Shown: positions 1 through 12,298 of the stretch, one piece after another
Layout of the letters: every line of letters starts with the position of its first letter
Position numbering within the stretch: the stretch's first letter is position 1
From: Tubulanus polymorphus
Taxonomy: Eukaryota; Animalia; Nemertea
Direction: 5' to 3'
DNA: 64,000 nt
Assembly: GCF_964204645.1 (NCBI RefSeq)
Contig: NC_134034.1
Location: forward strand, 7,512,862-7,576,861
Made by a program: the position numbers and the translations under genes
Notes under the pieces: model-generated
What the model saw: the letters and a program-made list of their open reading frames with translations, nothing else
Databases searched by the model: none
What the model was told of the DNA's origin: nothing

Positions 1-14
1 TTTTAATTATATAA

Positions 15-1398
15 ATGGCAGATAGTTTTCCAAAAGCTTTCCAATATAATAAATCAATTAAATATAATATTCCAGCAATAGATTTTAATAAAGATATTAC
101 ATATAGAAATGAAGTTTTAGATTCATTAACTAGAAATTTATGTTACTGAAACTAATAATTTTAATGCAAAGATGGAAAATATATTTCATGTATATTTAAT
201 TAATTTTAAAAAATTGAAAGATGAAAAACAGTGGTTATTAAAATCTAATATGAAGTATTGGCAGAACCAATTAAATTTTGCTGTTTATTGTGCAACAACA
301 GGATGTGGAATTAGTTGGAATGATCATTTGAACAATTCTAATTATAAATTAATTCAAAGTTTATTTAGATTTCATACATACTTTCAAATCAGAATAATAT
401 TAAATGAATTAGAGTGCGCTTTACCAGGATCTAGGTATTTAAAAGAATTAGATAATAATATTAATTTATCAAAGTTTTATAAAATTTGTAATGAATTTAA
501 TATAGATATAAATAATTCTGATTTTAGAACAAAAATTGGAACAATAAGATCACTTCCTTGCCCTAAAAAGATTGCAGAATATTGTGCACTTCCCATACCA
601 TCTAATAGTTTTTATAATATCTATAACAATAAATTAGGTTATGGTAAAATAGAAACAAAGGATTTAAGAACATTAAATTTCAATAAATTACCGAAATTTT
701 ATGATCATTTAAAACAAGAAAACAATAATGGTTGGGTTTATTTTATTTTAGAAAATAGTGAAGGTTTTACTAAATCAGGTATAGAAAGAATAAATCAATC
801 TATTAGAACTTATTTGATATGTATTTTAGGTGCGCAAGTTGAAACAAGATCCCCAATAATTGGAAATTTAAATACATCATTTGATACACAGAAACAATTC
901 AAAGTATTATTTGAAGATTCAATTCATAATGATAAAAATAGATCTATTCCAGAAAACATTGTAAGATATCAAAATTATTTAGATAAATCACATATTAGAT
1001 TAAATTATTGTATAGGCCCTAATCTATTAATTATTTCTAATGATTTAGTACTAAAGATGGGAAATATAATTGGTTATAATAATCTAATTAAAACTGCAAC
1101 AATAAATAATTCATTTGGATTAAATGATATAAATAAAAAGATTATTACTGCTCCAAAATTAATGGAAGGTGAAAAAAATAAAAAACATATTCAATCAACT
1201 GAAACTAAAACTAATAATATTAAATTAAATAATGATTCTAAAATAAAAGATTACAATACATCAGAAAATATAAAAACTGATATTATTCAACATGATATAA
1301 TTAAAACTAATGATGATAATAAATCCCATGAAAATACTAAATTAGCTATAACTTGTATAGGAATTGTTATAGGAGGAATATTATATTTTAAATTTTAA
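15..1398 (+). pseudogene. Conserved Polinton protein with C-terminal transmembrane segment (frameshift near 133)
   Basis: ATG at 15 (TAAATG) reads MADSFPKAF, matching MVDSFPKAF at 33098 in copy B. Continues in ORF 172-1398 (WQNQLNFAVYCATTGCGISW; hydrophobic tail LAITCIGIVIGGILYF). Confidence 0.75.
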
Positions 1399-1414
1399 TT
1401 TTTATAAGATATAA

Positions 1415-2420
1415 ATGTATGTAGAAGGTGGAGAAGCTTATGAAATGGGAGAAATGGGAAATAATAATGAAGGATTTATACCTGATGAACCACAACCTGA
1501 TTTTAATGAAACTAATATTGATAATGATGATGGATCGGCATATAATTTTAATTTAGCAGATAGTGGTTCTAAAGCCCCTTCAACAGACGAGTTTGATAAA
1601 AAAACTAGATCGAGAATAAATGCTGAAAATGAAAATCCAGATTTTGTAAAACAAAATTTAGAAAATGATGAATTTATATATAATTTCCTACCTATATTTG
1701 AAAGATTTGGATATAATATAAATGATAGAGGTGCCAGATATTTAGTAAGAGAATTAAAATTTTTAGATGGTGAATATTATTATCATTTGAAAGATGATTA
1801 TTTTATTAATATCACTTATAAAAATCAAAACAAAATAATAGCAGAATCGACTTTGAGTAATTTAGAACCATCTAGAATTAAAAGAATAAGTAATAGTAAT
1901 GAAATAGAAAATGTTACCGAAACAGAAATAAATCAAAATAAAAGAGTATTTAAACAAAGAATTAATGAATTATTTGAAATAATAAATGATAATTTAGAAA
2001 CAGAAACAACTTCTGAACAGAATGTAACTTCTAAAACTAGTTAATTTAAATCAAATAAAGTTCCAATTGAAAAACTTTTACCGAATGGAATAATTGATGC
2101 AACGGATCAAGAATTAGAAGATTTAAATATATTTTCTGATAAAGCAATTTGAGAAATTATTAGTACAAGAAATGAAGCTGATAAATTTGCCCTTGAAAAA
2201 AGTTAAAGAGATTTTAAAATAAGAACATTAAAAAAAGAAAAAAATGATAAATTTAAAGAAATAGAACAATTAAAATGAGATGGAGATAATAAAGTTATTG
2301 AAGAAATTGAATTTAAAAACATAAATGCATATTAAAAAAAAAATTGATGATTTAGAATATAACATAGAATTTCAGAAAGAAGAAATTATTATTAAAATCA
2401 TATGATTATAATATTAATAG
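1415..2420 (+). pseudogene. Degenerate tandem paralog of the 2489-3889 gene
   Basis: EGGEAYEMGEMGNNNEG aligns with the 2489 ORF. Homology continues past the stop at 2044 with several stops. Absent from copy B. Confidence 0.8.
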
Positions 2421-2488
2421 AGTTATTAGTTATAAGTTATTATTTAAATAAGAAGGTATCACAATACCATCATTTTTTTATAATGTAA

Positions 2489-3889
2489 ATGGCAGAAGGT
2501 GGAGAAGATTATGAAATGGGAGAAATGGGAAATAATAATGAGGGATATATTGATGATGATTATAATGATGCAGAAACTAATATTGATGATGGTAATGAAT
2601 CAGCATATAATTCTAATTTAGCAGATAGTGGTTCTAAAGGCAAATCAACAGATGAATTTGATAGAAGAACTAGATCGAGAATACCTATTGAAAATGAAAA
2701 TCCAGGTTTATTAAAGGAAAATTTAGAATATAATGAATTTATTCATAATTTCAAACCTATATTTGAAGAATCTGGATATAATATAAATGCCAGAGGCGCC
2801 AGACTTTTAGTAGAAGATTTAAAGTTTTTAGATGGTGAATATTATTATAGGTTGAAAGATGATTCGGATTATTATATTAATATCTCTTATAAAAAAGAAG
2901 AAAAAATAATAGCAAAATCAACTCTGCTTAAGTTAGACCTATCTAGAATTAAGAGAATAATAAATAGTAATGAAATAGAAGATGTAACACAAGAAGAAAT
3001 AAATCAAAATAAAAGAGTATTTAAACAAGGAATTAATAAATTATTTGAAACAATCAATAATAATTTAGAACCAGAAACTAGTAGACCTAATTCAAGAGAA
3101 GTTCAAACTGAAAAAATTTTACCGAATGGATTACTTGACGCAACAAATCAACAATTAGAAGATTTAGATATATTTTCTGATAAAGCAATAAGAGAAATTA
3201 TTAGTATAAGACTTGCAACTGATAAAATTATGCATGATAAAAGTATAAGAGATAAAATTAGAACTTTAGAAAAAGAATTAACTGATAAAAATGAAGAAAT
3301 AGAACAACTAAAGTCAGATCTTGATCGTAAAGCAATTGATGAAAATGAATTTAGACAAAGACATGCATATTTAGAAAAAGAAAAAGATGATTTAGAATAT
3401 AACATAGCATTACAAAAAGAAGAAATTAAATTATTATTAAAATCATATGATTATAATATTGATAGATTAAAGGATGTTTTTAAAAGATATCTAATAAAAC
3501 CAGATTCTAGAATATCATTGAAAGATAGAATAAAATTATTATTTAAGTTTGAAAGAATAACAATTCTTTCAATTCTAACAGCAGTAACTATGTTATTTAC
3601 AACAATAGGTTTAGCAATATCAAATGCTTTGAAATCTACTCCTACTCCAAATAAACCAGATAAACCCCCGAATGATAATAATTCTATACAAGATAAAGTT
3701 AAAGATGGTTTAAAGAAATTAGCAAAATATTTATGGGAACTATCTAAAAAATCTGCTGCAGCATTGCCAGGATTTATTGCATCAATTGTTGGTTTTATAT
3801 TGAAATCTGCAGGAAACATTATTAACTTTGCTGCTGAACATATTATTTTATTTTTAATTACAGTTGTAAGTGCTATTATTTTTGGGTAA
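2489..3889 (+). CDS. Acidic/coiled-coil protein with C-terminal membrane segments (putative virion membrane protein)
   Basis: 466 aa; central heptad-rich region; hydrophobic ITILSILTAVTMLFTTIGLAI and IILFLITVVSAIIFG; homolog at 30688-32145. Confidence 0.7.
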   Translation: MAEGGEDYEMGEMGNNNEGYIDDDYNDAETNIDDGNESAYNSNLADSGSKGKSTDEFDRRTRSRIPIENENPGLLKENLEYNEFIHNFKPIFEESGYNINARGARLLVEDLKFLDGEYYYRLKDDSDYYINISYKKEEKIIAKSTLLKLDLSRIKRIINSNEIEDVTQEEINQNKRVFKQGINKLFETINNNLEPETSRPNSREVQTEKILPNGLLDATNQQLEDLDIFSDKAIREIISIRLATDKIMHDKSIRDKIRTLEKELTDKNEEIEQLKSDLDRKAIDENEFRQRHAYLEKEKDDLEYNIALQKEEIKLLLKSYDYNIDRLKDVFKRYLIKPDSRISLKDRIKLLFKFERITILSILTAVTMLFTTIGLAISNALKSTPTPNKPDKPPNDNNSIQDKVKDGLKKLAKYLWELSKKSAAALPGFIASIVGFILKSAGNIINFAAEHIILFLITVVSAIIFG

Positions 3890-3975
3890 GTAAATATGAT
3901 ATCAAAAAATATCAAGAAAAAATAATAAAAAATAAACATGATAAAAAATAAATAATTAATTTTTTTGTTTAATAA

Positions 3976-5224
3976 ATGGGTGGGAGTTATATCAATCCTT
4001 CTAAGAATCATAGAATATCTAATGCTATTAAAGCAGAAAGATCACATCATATAATTACTCATAACCCTTCTAATATTAATCCTGATGAAACTTTATATGT
4101 TAGAATTCCGAGATTAACACAAAATACTTTTTGTGTTCCAAATAGTATTTATTTATCAGCCGATATAAAAGTAACCGGTAATAATAATAATTATGTTGTT
4201 GATAATGTTGGAAGATATTTGATTAAAAAATTAACTATAAAGATTGGTCCAGAAACAGTTTTCTCATTAGATGATTATAATTTATTTATGCATTATAAAG
4301 ATTTATGGTTAACTAAAGAAAATAGAAGTAATATGATATTTCAAGGAATCCAATCAGAAAACCAAAATAAATTAAGATCAGAAGCGCATAATGCAATATT
4401 AACTAATGCTATAGATAAATTGATAAAAAGTATATATGGAAGCAAATATAAAATTCCATTAGACTTTGAATTGATAAATAATAATGCACCTTTATATAAA
4501 TACGCAATTCAAGAAGACGTTATATTTGAGATAACATTTGCTCCTGTTAATGAAATTGTATTATCTAGCGTTAATAAAGATATGAGTTATAAATTATCGA
4601 ATATATGTTTAGAATATGACACAGTAACTGATGAAAATATTTCAAGTATAATTCAAACTCAATACAATCAAGGATTTTCATTATTATATGATTATATTGA
4701 TAAATTTAAAACTGTAATTATTAATGCAAATGATGAAATTATTAATGAGAATATTAACTTCCCAAGAAGATCTATTAAAGGTATATTAATATTTTTTTAC
4801 CATTGCAACATATACTAATGGTGCAATAAATGTTGATAATTATTATAATCCTGAAATAACAAAAGTAGAAATAACTATCGAAGGTATAGCAAATAAAATA
4901 TTTTGTCAAGGAATGAGAATGATTGATCAATGGCCAGAAATTAGAAAACATTTTATGAATGAAAAAGTGAAATCATCTGAAAATTGTAACATTAATCAAA
5001 TTGATTATTATACCGGTAATAAATATGCATTATGGTTAAATTTTAGAACAACAGAGGATAATTCATTACATGGTTCTGGAAAAAAACTCCAGAACACTAA
5101 AGATGGAATACAATTATTCATGACAAAGAATAAAGGAATCAAAAATTTTAAAATGCACATTTATATTATATCTGACGCGCAATTAAATATTGTAAATTCT
5201 CAATTGAATAGTGTTATGTATTAA
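3976..5224 (+). pseudogene. Probable major capsid protein (double jelly-roll type), frameshifted in the T-run near 4795
   Basis: ORFs 3976-4818 and 4913-5224 join to ~415 aa by removing one T (copy B has T6 where A has T7). Beta-rich; size and position fit a Polinton MCP. Fold is inferred, not shown. Confidence 0.7.
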
Positions 5225-5257
5225 AATTTTTAACTTTAATAAAAATATATATAATAA

Positions 5258-6439
5258 ATGGAAGGTGGAATATATGAAATACAAACTCCAAGTGAAATGA
5301 TAACAGATATATATTATATATTACCGTATGATGAATACTGTAAGTATTTTGGAGATTACTTTAATCAATTCAAATATAGAATAAGTAAAATAAAAGATAA
5401 TATTGAAACTAAAATAGAAAATAAAATTGAAACTAAAATAGAAGGTAAGAATGATATTGAATATAAAATAGAAGATAATATTGAAACTAAAATAGAAGAT
5501 AGTAATAATATTGAAACTATAATAGAAGATGTAACAGCATCTACATCTTATAATATACCCTCTACATATGATATTGAATCAAAAAAGACAAATGAAAAAT
5601 ATTGTGACGTATGTAAACAGTATAAAAGTTATAAGAATTGGGCAACTCATCTTAATTCACTCAAGCATAAGAAAAATAAGAATAAGACTATAAATGAATT
5701 GAATAATGATAGTGAAATTGATAATGATAATGTTAAAGAAGATAAATATTGTGAAGAATGTGATAAATATATAAGTCGTAGTAATTTTTCAAAGCATAAA
5801 TTAACACAAATACATTTGGATAATATAGAAAGAAATATATGTGAAAAGTGTAATGTTGTTGTATTACCTAAAGATAGAATTAAACATGATAATTCTTTTG
5901 AACATACAATAAAAGCTGCTGATTCAAATAACCTTTATAGAGTACCAACTGTATTTTTTGATATCGAAAATAATTATCATAGGAAATTATATAGATCAAT
6001 TTTTATCGATTATGCAAGAAATAATCCAAAACAAGTATTATCAGATATTGAAACTGGTCGGACGCATATAAAAATTGATCTATATAATTATTGGGGTATA
6101 CATTATTTCATAAAATTTAAAAATATAGATTTTTTAACAGAATTGAAAAAAGTTGCTGCTAATGATAATATAAGTGATAACTTTGATGAAATAATTCAAT
6201 ACTACAGTTATGAAGATTTTTTACAGGATGTTATAAATAAAATAAGAAATGATGCAAAAAATAAATATAAAAATATAAGTGAAGACAAATTAAACCAATA
6301 CATTTATTTAACTTATGAATTGTTTGCTAAGGGTTTGAATAGTATTGGTTATCATACTAAACTATTAGGCGAAAGAAAATCACAAGAATTAAAAGATGCA
6401 TGGCTCAAATTGTTTTCAGAATTAGAATCAGAAAAGTAA
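5258..6439 (+). CDS. Variable-slot protein with 8-aa repeats (IETKIEDN) and three CxxC...H...H zinc-finger-like motifs
   Basis: Intact 393-aa ORF with TAAATG start: YCDVCKQY..WATHLNSLKH, YCEECDKY..KHKLTQIH, CEKCN..KHDNSFEH. Confidence 0.7.
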   Translation: MEGGIYEIQTPSEMITDIYYILPYDEYCKYFGDYFNQFKYRISKIKDNIETKIENKIETKIEGKNDIEYKIEDNIETKIEDSNNIETIIEDVTASTSYNIPSTYDIESKKTNEKYCDVCKQYKSYKNWATHLNSLKHKKNKNKTINELNNDSEIDNDNVKEDKYCEECDKYISRSNFSKHKLTQIHLDNIERNICEKCNVVVLPKDRIKHDNSFEHTIKAADSNNLYRVPTVFFDIENNYHRKLYRSIFIDYARNNPKQVLSDIETGRTHIKIDLYNYWGIHYFIKFKNIDFLTELKKVAANDNISDNFDEIIQYYSYEDFLQDVINKIRNDAKNKYKNISEDKLNQYIYLTYELFAKGLNSIGYHTKLLGERKSQELKDAWLKLFSELESEK

Positions 6440-6459
6440 TTTAAAATATGAATATAATA

Positions 6460-7061
6460 CCCCCTTGTGTCTTTATTATCTTTAGTAGGCTTAGTACTTT
6501 TAGTACATAAAGAATAAATCTTTATTTTATTAGTAGTGAATAAAATTATCTTTAAAACTACTAAACTACTAAAGACAATAAAGACATAAATATATATATA
6601 TTACTGTTTCAATAATTATATTTATTCATCTGATGGATTTTATATATTACTGTTTCAATAATTAAATCTATTTATGGCGCATATTTATTATATATTACTG
6701 TTTTAATAATGATAAAAATCATAGATTTATCATATATAAAAATTATTTATATATCTATTTTTCTAAGTACTAATAAAATAAAGATTTATTCTTTATGTAC
6801 TAAAAGTACTAAAAGTACTAACGATAATAAAGACATAACAAACACATATAGATGTAATAAATATCATAGAATTATCTATCTCACAGATTTATTATATATA
6901 TTTGATTCAGTAATGATAAATCTATGTGTGTTTGTTATGTCTTTATTATCTTTATTATCTTTAGTAGTTTAGTAGTTCTATTTTATTTTTAAAGTATTAA
7001 TAATATGAAGATTTATTCTTTATGTACTAAAAGTACTAAAGATAATAGAGACATAAGGGGG
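6460..7061. repeat. ~600-bp segment bounded by inverted repeats (CCCCCTT..TCT.TATTATCTTTAGT...GGGGG) with internal nested inverted copies
   Basis: 6460-6521 is the near reverse complement of 7008-7061. Further copies at ~6555-6590, 6781-6853 and 6920-6978. Flanked by TA on both sides. Confidence 0.65.
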
Positions 7062-7114
7062 TATCAGGTATTAGGGTATCTAATAGGGTATCTAATACAT
7101 AGATATATAAATAG

Positions 7115-7726
7115 TTATTTTATAAATTTATATTCATAGGGAAATTGTAGTCTGAGTAATAATTTTGAACCTTTTTTATTCTTTAATTTATTCATATATT
7201 CATCATGTAATTCAGTAGGTATAATTTGATTTTCTTCCAATGATTGTTGCATAGATTTTTTATCTTTCTTATAAAATAAAACTAGAAATCTTATATTCTC
7301 CCTAAAGTCTTTAACAATTGAATTATATTTTTGATTTAAAACCCATGTTGATATCCCAAAATGTCTCCCAGAGAAAGCTAGATAACATAACTCACTTTCT
7401 CTAACTTTTGAATCATGTAAATTAGCGCAATCATCTACAATGAATAATGTATTTGATCCTTAATAAGTATCAATTGCTATTTTAATGCAATTATCTAAAT
7501 TTTCTTTTACTGTTTTAGGATCTAATATAATAAACTTTTTTATCTTAACTATATCTCTATTATATGTTTTATTCATTTCATAAGTAGGACAGAATAATAT
7601 TATATTATCAAAATGATTCTTATAAATAGTTTCTAACAAGTCTAATATGAAATGTGTTTTACCACAGTTGGTTACTCCAGTAACTAACATATTATGCGGT
7701 TCGAATATAAATAAATCTTTATTCAT
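7115..7726 (-). pseudogene. A32/FtsK-HerA packaging ATPase (copy A, frameshift near 7460)
   Basis: Walker A GVTNCGKT; near-identical to 27770-28381. Confidence 0.9.
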
Positions 7727-8831
7727 TTATTCTTTTAATTTTACTAGATATAATCCATTCATTAAATTTATCATCATATCATTTATATTTCACCAAAGAA
7801 TACTTTTTCCCTTTAAGAGTTTTTGTTTTCAATACTTTTTCTATTTTGTATTCTATTTCATCTGGATTTGGTACAAGTGATAATTCTTGTTCATAGAAAT
7901 AACCTAATATTTCTTCATCTTTTAGATCTTCTAATTTATAAACAAATGGTTTAGTTAATATTATCTTTTTAATCTTGAATATTTCTTCTGTAAAATTTGG
8001 GGTATAACCTTTATAAAAGGTTTTTCTATATTTAGATATTCTTACGTGTTGTCCAATTTTGAATCTAGGTTCACCGAAATCATGTGTAACAAATGCTCCA
8101 TATAAATTATTCCAAACTATTTCCGAATTATCTTCTTTTCTAGCGTGTATAGGTTTCATATTTATAGAACTATGTTTAGAATTATTGTAACCTTTCACTA
8201 AATCATCTAATACATCGATATATTTATATGTTTCATTAGCAGTAAAATATTTCCACATTCTAGTTTTCAATGTTTTATTAAATCTTTCTATAATAGATGC
8301 TTTTTTATCTGAGTGTGTTGAAAAATAATCTACATCGTTATCAGATAATAGTTTTTTGAAATGTTTGTTATAGAATTCCTTACCTTCATCAAATTGTATC
8401 TTATCTGGAATAGCTTCTTTAAATATAGATTTAAAAGCATTTGTCACTCCTATTCCAGTTTTATTTTTGATTGGAATTGACCATGCGTATCTACTGAATA
8501 TGTCTATAACATTCAGTATCCAGAAATATCCTTTGTTGTATTCTTCTATGTTCTTCATGTCAATTAAATCAGCTTGCCAATGTTGATCGATATATGAAAC
8601 CATAACTTTTCATGTTAAATAAGTTTTATCCATTTTCTTGTGGATTTGATATGTTGGTTGATTTTGTAACCATGATTTTAATTCGCTATATTTTATATCA
8701 CCGTGTGGGTGCCGTACGGCACCATTTTCATTATTAGATTTAATTTTATTCCATAATTCTGAAACGTTAGAATATGATACTTCACTTTCTGGGTTATAAT
8801 ATAAATCTCTTAAATATTGTTCTTTTTTCAT
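7700..8831 (-). CDS. int: Retroviral-like (rve) integrase with C-terminal chromodomain, split by two in-frame TGA codons
   Basis: ORFs 8610-8831 and 7779-8603 are in frame. WQADLID, IDIFSRYAW, QFDEGKEF, IIERFNKTLK (DDE); EYKIEKVL..LVKYK*YDDKFNEWI chromodomain. Confidence 0.92.
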
Positions 8832-8837
8832 TCTATT

Positions 8838-9206
8838 TTAATCCATTAATATTAATCTTGGTTTATTTTCAATGACTTTATCATTTGACTTATTTGGTAT
8901 GATAGGTTTATTGTCATTGGAATCATTATTGTTATAATCAGATTTATACTTATATTTATATATTACACCGGAGAATATAATAACTGTTACTAATCCAATT
9001 GTAATATATAATTTATAATTACTTCCAGCATTAGAAGAATCAGATGGATTATTATTTGAATCAATATCAGATAAAGTCTGTGATTCATTTATATCAATTA
9101 ATTTCTTTTTCTTAGCTTTTTTTAATTCTGAAGATCTTTTACCTAATTCTCTTGCCCATTTAATTTGTTTCTCGGATCTAGCCTTTTTCTTAACTCCATC
9201 ACTCAT
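8838..9206 (-). CDS. Small basic single-pass membrane protein
   Basis: Lys-rich N-terminus; TM YITIGLVTVIIFSGVIY; conserved in copy B (26281-26646). Confidence 0.75.
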   Translation of the reverse strand: MSDGVKKKARSEKQIKWARELGKRSSELKKAKKKKLIDINESQTLSDIDSNNNPSDSSNAGSNYKLYITIGLVTVIIFSGVIYKYKYKSDYNNNDSNDNKPIIPNKSNDKVIENKPRLILMD

Positions 9207-9801
9207 TTATTTTAGTTAATTTTTGTTCTGATTCATTTTCTGTTTCAGCGTTTGGTTGTAGTACATCTGTTTCGTTCTTACCTGATTTATATTCCATAGG
9301 CTTAATGTTCGAAAATGTTATGACGCCAGTAGAAATTAATGTCATAACCGATCCTAATTGAAATGAAGCATAACCAACCCATTTTTGTAATTCAGTCATA
9401 ACTAAATAGTCATTTTTCAAATCACTATATAATTTATTTTCATCATCAATTGGTATTAACTGGTTACATAACTTAGAATAATATTTGACAATACCATCTG
9501 AAATAGAATCATTTATTCTAGCTAATCTAGCTTCTTCATAAATCTTAAAATATTTTATTACTTTATCTGGTTTCATAGAGTCTAGTTCTTGAAAAGTAAT
9601 GATTCTATTTAAAAACTCATTAGTTTTTCCACCGGCAATCAATAGTTCTATATGATGCTTACAATATAAATAGTATTCATAATCTATATTGTTATTAACT
9701 TGAATAGAATTAGAAACAACTGTATCTTTATTATCACTTATACCCAAATCATCTAATGTTTTTTCAATATCAATACTATTCTTACTCGATTTCTTTGACA
9801 T
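9199..9801 (-). CDS. Conserved Polinton hypothetical protein
   Basis: 200 aa; TAAATG start; homolog at 25680-26288. Confidence 0.75.
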   Translation of the reverse strand: MSKKSSKNSIDIEKTLDDLGISDNKDTVVSNSIQVNNNIDYEYYLYCKHHIELLIAGGKTNEFLNRIITFQELDSMKPDKVIKYFKIYEEARLARINDSISDGIVKYYSKLCNQLIPIDDENKLYSDLKNDYLVMTELQKWVGYASFQLGSVMTLISTGVITFSNIKPMEYKSGKNETDVLQPNAETENESEQKLTKINE

Positions 9802-10978
9802 TTATATTAGAGAAATTTAATAAGAAAAATATAATAAGTATTCTTCAAATGATACTAGATAGTTAAAGTTAAAGAACTCGATATTGACTACTGATACTAG
9901 CTATTTGAGTTTAAAGAATTTCTATTTGAATCTATTCAAAATATAAAGTATTCTCTTTTGAAAAGAAAGTATTAAAAATATAATAGAATTCACTAGATAG
10001 TTGAAGTTATTGTTTTTTTATTATATTTTATTTAAATTAGGATTTAGATTATCTCACTACTATTGTTTATCTATTAGGAGCAGTAATTATAACTGTCCAG
10101 ATAAGTCATTTCGGATTCTTGATAATAAATCCTAAAACTGAAAATAAATTCAAAGAAACGACTGGTGGAAATACTATTTCATAAACACACGTATATTTTA
10201 TTCTACAATCATTATCGATTTCCACATTCCAAGCCGCTCCTGAGAGGAGCGGTAAGGTATGCGTGGAATGCAGGAATCAATAAAGTACAATACAACATCT
10301 GTCACTGTGTGTCATTAACAACAGCTTAATGACGCAATTGAAATTCCGGCAAACGTAATGCATTGAAAGCCTATACAGTGAGGCTAAACTGCTACAATCT
10401 CATGAGTTGAAATATCCATAATTTCTGATTCCACATCCATCCATCTTCACTTTCTTGGTTCAAATAGCAATGGTCTTCTTGTTACGCGTAGCATTTTGTT
10501 ATCTAAAAGATAAATATCTAGCGTAGAATAAAACTAACTTGAAGTTGTAGTTTTCAAATAAGATTAATACACTTACACATAACCATTTGTGGCGCATCTT
10601 ACCAGGATAAGTTTTACATGTTTAACGTTTCACAACGCCTTAATAACAACAAAAACAGTACTTACATTTATAACTGTAAACTCCTAAAATTGTGTTTATA
10701 GAGAGAATATCCTATACGTTCCTATGCTTATGTGCTGCGCGTTTATAACTGCCAGTTATTCACTAGCTAAACACCGTCTGGTGCAACAGATGTTCCTTCT
10801 TTTGTAATATAATTGATTAATCCTTTTCAACTGAAATAGCACGTTCGATCAATATTCAAATGAGGTGCACCCTATTCAACTGAATATGAAATGCGGCACA
10901 GATGTTTTTGTAAACAACCTAATATAATTACATACAGGCGGTTTGACATAGATCGAGAGTAACCGGTTTTCTAAGCGT

Positions 10979-11620
10979 TTAACATTCAACGTATTTTTCT
11001 TTATGTGTTGAGTTCCATAATTCAACAAATGTCTTTGCTTTATCCAGTTGATCTAAATATAACTGTATATTTAGTTTATTAGATTTAATAATGTTTTCCT
11101 TCTTTTCTAAAGGTCTTAAATTTCTCCAGTTCCAGATTAGCTTCTTATTATAATCATCACTCATGTCAAATTTAGAAATAGGCAACACGTGATCAATATG
11201 AAAGTATTCACCATAATTATCTATATTCATTTTATCATCGAATTGAAATATAATCCATGATTTAAGAAATTTATCTGTACAACCCAACAAATTAGATTTA
11301 GTGTTTCTGAATCTGTTTCTTTGTTGAATAATTGTGTTAATCTAGATCTTAAGCATTGTTTCAATCTAAAATTAAGATCTGTTTGATATCTTTCTCTCAT
11401 ATATTCTGCCATATAATAATTATAATGTTCTATATTATCTTCTCGGTATTGTTTGGTATATAGTTTTACAGCAATATTGAAAACCATCTTTGCTAATCTT
11501 ACGCTTACTAAATTCTGTTAATGATTTATCTAATTCACATTTAGAACACTTCTTGTAATATATATTTATAACACCAGCGTTATTTGTAATATTGATAGTT
11601 TGTGGTTGTTCTGATTCCAT
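10979..11620 (-). pseudogene. HNH-type endonuclease of the kind common in large DNA viruses (frameshifted, three ORF pieces)
   Basis: KKCSKC..EFSK..KDG N-terminus; LRSRL, LGC, NYGEYFHIDHVLPISKFD, WRNLRPL..EN..KSNK. Confidence 0.75.
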
Positions 11621-12298
11621 TTATTATACATATTTTTTACTAAATTGGTTAATATTTTAGAATCCTCTTCCATTTCTTCGACCAACGTCATCCTTTTTCA
11701 TTCCTCGCTGCTTTTGATTAGTCGTTTCGATTCCTTTATATCTAAATCATACCACTGGGCTAAACCGCGCATTCAGGCGCGCTTTTGCTTAATGCGCATG
11801 CGTTAATCATAATTATATATTCATTCTATAAATTCTGTAAAAAAGAAACAACACATGCGTTACATGCGTCACATGCGGCCATTGATGTCCGGTTTTGCTT
11901 AATGCACATGTGTTAATCATAATTATATATTCATCCTGTAAATAGAAACAGCTGAACACAGAAAATTCAAACGCATTCATGTCTGCATAGTAACAGCTGT
12001 AACAGCTGAGAATTTATAGATTTATTCCATAGCTCTTTACATGGAATGTATATAGGCTCAAATAGAATCATGTTCTAGTATATACAGCTATGCATTTTTT
12101 AAATATATTTTATTTGAATTCTATTTGATATCTCACTACTTTTGTTTATCTATTAAGAGCAGTAATTATAACTGTCCAGATAAGTCATTTCGGATCCTTG
12201 ATATCAAATTCCTCAACGTATTGTTCATTATTTGGATCATTGTTCCATTGATCAATAAATTTCTTTGCCTTTGTTAACTGTTCTGAATATAACTGTGA

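Noticed and set aside
3148-4011. Antisense ORFs over Polinton genes (also 28616, 30632, 31196, 24531, 54293, 60867)
   Set aside because: Shadow frames opposite well-supported genes.
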